A DNA stretch of 64,000 bases from a virus. Under the pieces are notes generated by a model. It was not told the DNA's origin, searched no databases, and saw only the letters and a list, made by a program, of their open reading frames with translations. Positions 57,088 to 64,000 of this stretch are shown here, in pieces (the stretch's first letter is position 1; the number at the start of each line of letters is the position of its first letter). The stretch is from IMG/VR virus record IMGVR_UViG_3300024520_000049, positions 14,596-78,595 of that record. One strand, 5' to 3'. The position numbers and the translations under genes are program-made.

Positions 57088-60015
57088 ATGGTCCGTCGCG
57101 AAGAAGAACCCACCTGCGGTAAGAAGCCGCTTCGCGTGCTCTTCTTCATGGAGAACTTCACGCAGTACAGCGGTGGGCGCTATCATCTATTTCAAGAAGC
57201 GTACACTCTTGCGTCACTTCCAGGGGTCACGGTTTGTTTGTCGACAAATCGTGACCCTTTATATCTTAATGACTTCCCCCCTTTAGACGATCTCCACATA
57301 CATCTGGACTACGCTATCCCTCCGGGGCACTTTGACTTCGTGGTGGGCACAGCGGCAAACTGCGGCAACATGGCTGTCGACTACGCCAAGAAGCACAGCG
57401 TCCCGTCAATCGTCGTCTCTCTGGAGACCCCCAACTTTATCTCTAAGTACCGCGGCGGGCGGGATAGTGAAGAAAGCTACTGGGTAGACTTCCGACACGC
57501 CGCGCGCAAAGGGGATCTTCTATTCGCCTCCGCAACGCTGCCAGGCAACTACTTAGCGAAATGGGCCGACCGCCCCCGCCATAAAGTCATCAACATGCCG
57601 CCCGCCTACAACGAGCTGGCGCTGGCCGCCGCCGGCGCACCGCCGATCGCCAACACAGTGATCTTCGTCAGCCGCGTCGTGCACCACAAAAAGCTTGATC
57701 GGTTCCTGGAGGCTATGGCGGAAGTGCAGCAGGAGATCGCTGGCGCCCCGAGTGTGAGCATCATCGGATCCGGCCGGCGTGAGGATATAGAAGGACAGAT
57801 GAAAGAGCTGGGCGTGCGCGGACAACTCTTCAGCAACATTACGGACGTCACAAAATTTCAGCTGATCAAGCAGTCCATAGGGATGATCACGTGCACTACC
57901 TATGAAGGATTTGGTATGAGCCCTCTGGAGGCCTTGGCGTGTGGCGTGCCTGTGCTCGCCTTCGACCTGCCCATCTTCCATGAAACTTTGCGTGATTACA
58001 TCACCTACATAAACCCCAAGCGCCCCGATGAGCTCAAGACACAGCTGAAGAAGCTCATTGTCGTGCCCGAGGAATTTGAGGAGAAGACCGAGGAGGGTGG
58101 CCGGTGGGTTCAGGAGCAGTACAGCTTGGAGGCTATGAAGGGCCGATGGCGGGACGTGATCGACCATCGCCTATGCCAGGTAAAGCGCCAAGAGCCCAAG
58201 TTCACTATCTGCGTGATCGCACTGAATGAGGCTGAGTACGTTGAGTACAACCTGGAGCAGCTCTATGCGTGGGACTGCTGCCATCAGATCATTATCATTG
58301 AAGGCTCCGTGGAGAACTATCCCAAAGACCACCTGTCTGAGGGCGGGCTATCTGGGGACGGGACAACGGACATCCTGAAGTCCTGGGCCGACAGAGATAA
58401 GGTCACCTACATCAGCGGCACCTTCCCCGACAAGATCGCACAGCGCAATGAGTATGCCCGGCGCGTTACCGGGACGCACGTGCTGGTCGTGGACGCTGAC
58501 GAGTTCTATTCCGACCAGGCACTGCGAGACCTAAAAGAAGACGTGATGATGAACCCGGACTGCGAGCTATTCATGTTTAACTTTTCCGCGGACATGAGCA
58601 AGCGCACCTACTTCCATCTATGGCACACCTTCCAGCAGCATGCCATTGGCGGGTACTGGGACATCCCCCATAACCGGGTCTATAAGTGGACACCTGGGTC
58701 GCGCTACGAGGGCACTGATCATAATCACCCGACAAAGCCTGACGGCAAGAAGCTCATCCGCTCCCAGGTAGAGGCGCTGTTCACACGCTGCGTCTGTGTG
58801 CACACAGGGTTTGTGAAGAACGTGCAGAACCAGCGAGACAAGAACCAGTTCTACCTGAACCGCGGAGAGGGTAAGGAGCTGGATCCTACCATTCGTCGGC
58901 GCCGGCAGATGTACATTGACTGCCGGATGTCGTACGAAACCTGGAAGCCCAGACGAGGATTGCCGCACGGGGCCTCTGTGCAGCCCTTCACGCACGCGCT
59001 GCCTGAGACGTTGCTGCAGCATCCGTACTTCACGTCGCCTAAGCAGATTTATAGCACAGAGGCGCAGGAAACGGCCGGCGTGCCTTTGGACGTCATCGTT
59101 CCGGACATCGGCACAGTTGTCGACACCACGGTGGTCATGGTGCAGTACGGCACCACCCCGGAACGGAACAAGGCTGCCCGAGAGTGCCTGACCCGTTTAG
59201 CTGAGCAGAAGATCCGCGCGGAGTTCATCCTCGTGGACCTGAGCGATACTGCGTGGGAGGTCCTGCCAGAGATCGAGCGCTTTGAGCGGCATCAGTGTAT
59301 CCACATGATAGAGAAGCCCGAGCACCGAGGGCTATGGCAGAAGGAGGCGCTCATCAACAGGGCGATGAAGAACGTCACCACACCCTACGTGATTCTCCTG
59401 GACATGGACCTGTACTCAGATGATCCTTACTGGTTGTGGCGGATACGGGAGAAGTTGAACATGGGGCCCGATGTGATGGTGCAGGGGTTCCGCCACTGCC
59501 ACGACACGCTGTTCCCGGAAGTGCACTGCTTCTCGACGTGTGCTGCGCCGACCCCTGGCATGATGACAGCACCCGGCGGGGTCTGGGGAATGCACACTGA
59601 GACCTTCCGACGCAACGGCGGGCTTAACCCCTACCTCCTCTTCGGCGGCGGGGATAGCTTCATGGTTGCCGAATTTTCAGGAGTCGTGAAACCTTTCATG
59701 AATAACTTCTCCCGGCTCAGTGACATCGTGCGGCGCACGCTGCCGATCAAGTGCAGCCTGAGCCATGTGGACGTAGACATCAAACACGTCAACCACGGTG
59801 CCACCGGTTCACGCAACTATGCTGACCGTCATTACATGACCTCGTACTTTACGCGCCCGATCCGCGTACTTGTGGATATTGACCCTCGCGGCATACTCCG
59901 CTGGAAGTACCCCGGCTGCCCAGAGCAGGAGATGGTGGCTCGGCGCGGGGAAATGTCTAGCCAGGAGAAGGTTAAGGAGATTTGCCAGAGTATCCTGGAT
60001 TCCCGGAAAAGGTAG
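57088..60015 (+). CDS. Three-domain glycosyltransferase (GT4/GT-B + GT2 + GT-A)
   Basis: YEGFGMSPLEALACGVPVLAFD (GT4); FTICVIALNE...VLVVDADE (GT2 DxD); WQKEALIN...ILLDMD...GGGDS (second GT-A). Confidence 0.9.
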   Translation: MVRREEEPTCGKKPLRVLFFMENFTQYSGGRYHLFQEAYTLASLPGVTVCLSTNRDPLYLNDFPPLDDLHIHLDYAIPPGHFDFVVGTAANCGNMAVDYAKKHSVPSIVVSLETPNFISKYRGGRDSEESYWVDFRHAARKGDLLFASATLPGNYLAKWADRPRHKVINMPPAYNELALAAAGAPPIANTVIFVSRVVHHKKLDRFLEAMAEVQQEIAGAPSVSIIGSGRREDIEGQMKELGVRGQLFSNITDVTKFQLIKQSIGMITCTTYEGFGMSPLEALACGVPVLAFDLPIFHETLRDYITYINPKRPDELKTQLKKLIVVPEEFEEKTEEGGRWVQEQYSLEAMKGRWRDVIDHRLCQVKRQEPKFTICVIALNEAEYVEYNLEQLYAWDCCHQIIIIEGSVENYPKDHLSEGGLSGDGTTDILKSWADRDKVTYISGTFPDKIAQRNEYARRVTGTHVLVVDADEFYSDQALRDLKEDVMMNPDCELFMFNFSADMSKRTYFHLWHTFQQHAIGGYWDIPHNRVYKWTPGSRYEGTDHNHPTKPDGKKLIRSQVEALFTRCVCVHTGFVKNVQNQRDKNQFYLNRGEGKELDPTIRRRRQMYIDCRMSYETWKPRRGLPHGASVQPFTHALPETLLQHPYFTSPKQIYSTEAQETAGVPLDVIVPDIGTVVDTTVVMVQYGTTPERNKAARECLTRLAEQKIRAEFILVDLSDTAWEVLPEIERFERHQCIHMIEKPEHRGLWQKEALINRAMKNVTTPYVILLDMDLYSDDPYWLWRIREKLNMGPDVMVQGFRHCHDTLFPEVHCFSTCAAPTPGMMTAPGGVWGMHTETFRRNGGLNPYLLFGGGDSFMVAEFSGVVKPFMNNFSRLSDIVRRTLPIKCSLSHVDVDIKHVNHGATGSRNYADRHYMTSYFTRPIRVLVDIDPRGILRWKYPGCPEQEMVARRGEMSSQEKVKEICQSILDSRKR

Positions 60016-60044
60016 TTGACCTCACCTGATTCTCGGGCTATAAT
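60016..60044 (+). promoter_or_regulatory. Near-consensus sigma70 promoter
   Basis: TTGACC (60016-21), 17-nt spacer, TATAAT (60039-44). Confidence 0.8.
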
Positions 60045-60050
60045 ATAGCT

Positions 60051-60134
60051 CCACCGAGATACTGGCAGGAGATACTCCTCCTGTTTGTTTGTGCGTGAGG
60101 CCTTGGTTCTACCGGACCAGGGCCTCTTTTATTT
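60051..60134 (+). ncRNA. Candidate ~80-nt small RNA or attenuated leader
   Basis: Lies between the promoter and a terminator, has no ORF, and contains an internal CAGGAG/CTCCTG hairpin. Confidence 0.35.
60097..60134 (+). terminator. Rho-independent terminator
   Basis: 13-bp stem GAGGCCTTGGTTC / GGACCAGGGCCTC with TACC loop, then TTTTATTT. Confidence 0.85.
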
Positions 60135-60188
60135 AGCTCTTGCACCAGAACTTAGCTGCAGTATGTTAAAGTATCCAAGGAGCGATCG

Positions 60189-60710
60189 ATGAGCGAAGAT
60201 CCCTGCAAGTGCCAAAAAATTCCGGTGAACCCACTTCACGTGGCCCTGCCGTTCAACCCTCTGGGGATTGTAACAAAGACAGGGAAAGTTCAGCGTAATA
60301 TTCATAAGCTCTTCCAGGGCGATTGTTTGCGCATATGCACAACCGCGTTTACACTGGACTGCGAACCAGCAACCCCCGATAACTCCCTCGTCTGCTTCTC
60401 ACTGGTCGATGACCGCTTTTGCAAAGATGCACCGATCTTCCAAGCCAGCTGGGACGACGGTATTGTTGTTTCCAATGCGGACGCGGAGCTGGGTGGTATT
60501 GTGATCAAAGTACCTGAAGAGATTACTTGCAACTTGCGCCGCGGGCGGTTCATGTATGACATTGTAATCACAGATAAACTCAATAAGAGCCGGCGCACAT
60601 CTGAAGAAGGCCACATCCTAGTAGAGTACGGAGCTTCCGCGCCACAGCCTGATATCCCATACCGTCCTGTGGCGGATGAAACACAGAACACTGCAGAAGA
60701 CGAGCCATAA
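60189..60710 (+). CDS. BppU-N-like virion structural protein
   Basis: GGIVIKVPEEITCNL..GRFMYDIVITD...EEGHILVE matches the baseplate-upper-protein-type Ig module. Confidence 0.5.
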   Translation: MSEDPCKCQKIPVNPLHVALPFNPLGIVTKTGKVQRNIHKLFQGDCLRICTTAFTLDCEPATPDNSLVCFSLVDDRFCKDAPIFQASWDDGIVVSNADAELGGIVIKVPEEITCNLRRGRFMYDIVITDKLNKSRRTSEEGHILVEYGASAPQPDIPYRPVADETQNTAEDEP

Positions 60711-61156
60711 TGCCTAAACGTAAAGTATCCGAAGCAGAACTTCTCGCTGCGCTTCAGCAGACCCCGTATAAGCCCACACCACCAAAGCGCACGAAACGCT
60801 TGCTACCCGAGGCCTTCCCTGATTATGGGCGGTCCAGAGCAAGTCAGGGCCGGGGTGATCCACACACAGCTGGGCTTATTCGAGGTACCGGCAGCGGCCT
60901 GGCGTCCGCGGCGCTAGGCGCGCTTGCTGCGCGTCTGGCTACAAACGACACGTCCAAAGTCCTGCTGGCCAGTGTGCTGAGCGGGCTGCTTGGCGGCGGT
61001 GCTGGTTATGTGTCTGGCAAAGGCGAGCGCGAAAGTGACAACACCAAACTCCTCGCCCTGCGCCGCCTGGGTATCGAGACACCTGGAGAATTTGACATCG
61101 CAAGCCGCTACCCGCTGCTGGCCCAACGAATTACTACCAAAGGAGAACGCATCTGA
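60710..61156 (+). CDS. Glycine-zipper membrane-type protein
   Basis: GTGSGLASAALGALAA and SGLLGGGAGYVSG. Confidence 0.6.
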   Translation: MPKRKVSEAELLAALQQTPYKPTPPKRTKRLLPEAFPDYGRSRASQGRGDPHTAGLIRGTGSGLASAALGALAARLATNDTSKVLLASVLSGLLGGGAGYVSGKGERESDNTKLLALRRLGIETPGEFDIASRYPLLAQRITTKGERI

Positions 61157-61791
61157 TGCCCTCTTTAGGAAACCTTGTTAAAGCCCTCGACAACATGTCT
61201 ACGGCGCGGCGCGCTGCTTTGGGCGCTGGCGCTGGCGCCGTGATCGGCCGTGAAGTTACGCCCCGCGCGCTGGGCTTTCGGGATGACCCAGCGGCTACCA
61301 ACATGAGCACGCTGCTGGACACAATTACATACGGCACGCTTGCAGGTATGGGCCGCGGCAACCTCGTCTCTGCACTGAAGTCAAATCCCATGGCGCCTAT
61401 GGGTCTCGCCGCAGGCATGGCTGGTGGTCAGACAATTCCGGTCGCGATGAAAGGTTTGCGGGAAGGCACGGACGCCGCCGGAGCTGCTACATCAGCTTTT
61501 AGCCGACCGCTGCAGCCGACCCTGAGCGAGCAAGCTGGTTCTGCTCTACAATCCCCAACTGCGCGGGGTGCTGGGATTGGCGCTGCTGGTGCGGGGATTT
61601 CTGCGATTTTATCAGGCCTGCTGCGCGCTCGTAGCGATTCAGAGGTCGAGGGTGGTGCTGGGCGCGGTACAATGATCGGCAAAGACTTCCTCAAATACCT
61701 GCTGCCCGCGCTGCTTGCCGGCGGGACGATTGGGTCACTCAACGGGAGCTCGAACCCGCAGTCTTCTGGCGGTGGTCTAAACCTGCAGTAG
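61156..61791 (+). CDS. Glycine-zipper membrane-type protein
   Basis: ALGAGAGAVIG, GLAAGMAGG, GAGIGAAGAGISAIL, ALLAGGTIG. Confidence 0.6.
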   Translation: MPSLGNLVKALDNMSTARRAALGAGAGAVIGREVTPRALGFRDDPAATNMSTLLDTITYGTLAGMGRGNLVSALKSNPMAPMGLAAGMAGGQTIPVAMKGLREGTDAAGAATSAFSRPLQPTLSEQAGSALQSPTARGAGIGAAGAGISAILSGLLRARSDSEVEGGAGRGTMIGKDFLKYLLPALLAGGTIGSLNGSSNPQSSGGGLNLQ

Positions 61792-64000
61792 GAAGCTGTA
61801 GGATATCATCACCACGCTGGCACACTGAGTTCCACCACTCACGGGATACTACCCAGTGACGTTTGTACTCAGCACTTTCTTTTAGGTCTTTGCTGTGCAG
61901 ATGATTAGCTGCAAATACGGACTCCCCATTGTAGCTGTTCGCCGCTGCAGTGGCCAGTTGCTGCCATAGCACAATATCCCCGTCGTCCTTGTAGTAGCCG
62001 ATGCTGCCTGTGTTTTTGCTGCTGGTGAACGAGGGGCTGATACTGACCTTGCCCCGGCTTATTGCGGCGCTTAAGCATAGGATAAATGACTCCGGTGTGT
62101 TCACGTTAATGAACACACGGCGATCTGATACCATGTCCAGCACAGCGCACGGGGTATCAATATTCAGTGTATCACATATCCATCGTACGCCTAAGTTACT
62201 AGGTATTGTGTGGGAAAGACTTCCAGCGTTGATCGCGGTGCTCCGAGCGACTTGCTGCAGCAAAGCAGGGAAATTCGTCCGCAGGCGCGCAAGCAGGTCC
62301 TCAGGTATCCGCATGGCTTCCATCTCCCCGAAGGCCGCGACGTCCTGCTGGACCAAACATGTGTTGTTGTGGCGGACAACGGCAGCGGACTGGTTCGTGG
62401 ATACGAGGCCTATCAGTGGCATTGGGGCTTTAAGGACTGCTTCCGCCAAGTCTCCTTTCTGCAGTCCCACCTGGCAGAAGTGGGGCAGTGCTCCTGTTGT
62501 GCTGTACAAGTTCTGGAGCTTATACAGCTGGTGGAGCTCTCGGATATGTTGGTACGCGTCATCGCCAGCAAAGAAACCAACCAGCTGCTCCAGGGTGGGC
62601 TCCCATAGCGGCTGTTCGTCAATCATGGTGTGGAAGAATAGATGTCGCGGGCGATAGTCCTTCCGGGTGGCACTTGTGAGTAACCCGTGGACGATATGCC
62701 CGAGAGCAGCGTTGAAGCCGGTAATAGAGGGATGGTCAATCTGGAGAAGCTCTTTGTAACAGCTCAGCGCAGTTATCGCGCCTGGGACAATACCCGCGAA
62801 GCGTAAATGAGTCTCTGCCGGCATAAGCGCAGCAGCACGCCCTTCGTCGATTTTTCCCGACCGCGTATTTAGGGAGAATTTTGGGAAATATAGCAAACCC
62901 AGCCCTTTTGCACCTAATCGGGTCACAGGGGCTACTTTTGGCGCCTTATCAAAGCGCCGCAACAAGGTAAACCAGTTGAACGGCAGCGCACTAGATTCCA
63001 GGTCCAGTTTACTCTCCCCGTCCATAGCGGCCCACACCAGGTCACTGATATCCTGCCGTGTGTTGAGTTTCTTGTAGGAGATGCGAATGGGGAACGGCGG
63101 GTCCTCTGGGCAGTCTGTGCGGACGTAGCCAACTACCTCGATGTCTTTAGGGTGCTTCACAAACCTGTCGATGTAGATGGCGAAGTTGCTGAGAGTCCGC
63201 ATCTCTGGGTCCATGAGGAAGTAGCCAGAGGGGTCTCGGCGAATCGTCATACCCTGGAGGATAGTCTCCTGAGCATGGCAGCTTATCAGCTGGACATGTT
63301 CGATAAGTTCTTCAGCGTCCTTGTAGGGCTCGAGCTCAGCGACAAGGGCTTCCCTATCCTTGTCCCGCAGCGGTGTAGCAGATAGCTCACAGACTACAGC
63401 GTCGCGATCGCTGGCGAACTTTCTGTATAGATGATCAGCCATCCACTCCCACACGCCTACGCCAGGTTCGGCTAATTCACGAACAGCTTTGAGTTTATCA
63501 AAGGAGCGCAGTCCCTGGCTTAGGCTGTTGACGTTGACAGTACATCTGGCACATCGCTCAGACGCCCGTATATAGCCAAGCGTATCTTTAATCGTGAGCG
63601 GATCCGCTGGGTGGTCAACCAGCACGACCTCCTCTAAACAGGGGAGCTTTGAGAGCGCCTCCGGGTGAGAAACCATAGCAGGGTTCACCCGGTTGCCGCT
63701 GTACCGGTCGCCGAGGTGGTACTGCCCCACAACAGCAAAAAGCGCATCAAACTCTGATTTAAGTAGCGTTAGCCGGCGGACGACAGGCCAGCTTAAATTA
63801 CGTTCGAGGAATATGCCGGGCGCTTTAGTGGTGCCATGAGTCTCCATCACCCCCGTCTGCAGATTGAAGACCTTCAGCTGCGTGATTGTGGGGCCTTGGA
63901 AGTAGGGGAATATTAAATGGTCCAGTGTGGAGTACTTCGTATCCTGCAAAGCTGTTACGCATGAGGGAGCACTTCCTGGGCAAACAAATCCACAATCGGC
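61739..64000 (-). CDS. Putative DNA primase(-helicase)-like replication protein, 5'-truncated by window edge
   Basis: Frame stays open to 64000; DHLIFPYFQGPTITQLKV resembles the DnaG 'RLIFP' region; only long real-looking minus-strand ORF. Function tentative. Confidence 0.4.
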   Translation of the reverse strand, partial: ADCGFVCPGSAPSCVTALQDTKYSTLDHLIFPYFQGPTITQLKVFNLQTGVMETHGTTKAPGIFLERNLSWPVVRRLTLLKSEFDALFAVVGQYHLGDRYSGNRVNPAMVSHPEALSKLPCLEEVVLVDHPADPLTIKDTLGYIRASERCARCTVNVNSLSQGLRSFDKLKAVRELAEPGVGVWEWMADHLYRKFASDRDAVVCELSATPLRDKDREALVAELEPYKDAEELIEHVQLISCHAQETILQGMTIRRDPSGYFLMDPEMRTLSNFAIYIDRFVKHPKDIEVVGYVRTDCPEDPPFPIRISYKKLNTRQDISDLVWAAMDGESKLDLESSALPFNWFTLLRRFDKAPKVAPVTRLGAKGLGLLYFPKFSLNTRSGKIDEGRAAALMPAETHLRFAGIVPGAITALSCYKELLQIDHPSITGFNAALGHIVHGLLTSATRKDYRPRHLFFHTMIDEQPLWEPTLEQLVGFFAGDDAYQHIRELHQLYKLQNLYSTTGALPHFCQVGLQKGDLAEAVLKAPMPLIGLVSTNQSAAVVRHNNTCLVQQDVAAFGEMEAMRIPEDLLARLRTNFPALLQQVARSTAINAGSLSHTIPSNLGVRWICDTLNIDTPCAVLDMVSDRRVFINVNTPESFILCLSAAISRGKVSISPSFTSSKNTGSIGYYKDDGDIVLWQQLATAAANSYNGESVFAANHLHSKDLKESAEYKRHWVVSREWWNSVCQRGDDILQLPTAGLDHRQKTAGSSSR

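Noticed and set aside
1-64000. Stop-codon reassignment
   Set aside because: Long genes are intact under the standard code, and TAA, TAG and TGA all terminate genes at sensible boundaries.
1-64000. CRISPR array, tRNA, rRNA, integrase or transposase
   Set aside because: None recognised; the only tandem repeats found are coding. A tRNA scan was not run.

Overview
This window is a gene-dense, almost entirely plus-strand segment of a large (jumbo-type) myovirus genome. It carries a bacterial-type RNA polymerase beta' subunit split into two genes about 4.4 kb apart, with a mini-intein in the bridge helix of the C-terminal half. A head module follows (many Gly/Ala-rich proteins, prohead protease, scaffold, decoration protein, major capsid protein), then neck, a 1283-aa tail sheath, tube, spike, a tail assembly chaperone with a -1 frameshift site, tape measure and baseplate genes. 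A phage sigma-70-family factor sits inside the baseplate cluster. Further right are a five-gene paralogous Cys-containing array, fibre-like proteins, a three-domain glycosyltransferase and a truncated minus-strand primase-like gene. Main findings: (i) a probable K-x-A head-maturation cleavage code concentrated in head proteins and largely absent from the sheath; (ii) a shared 15-aa 'YxxGFIxKCAEHxxD' tag on otherwise unrelated small proteins; (iii) a family of glycine-zipper proteins; (iv) a phage-encoded transcription system (split beta' plus sigma); (v) a candidate ~80-nt sRNA. No tRNA, rRNA, CRISPR array, portal, terminase or RNAP beta gene was recognised. All family calls come from motif recognition by eye; no database searches were run.
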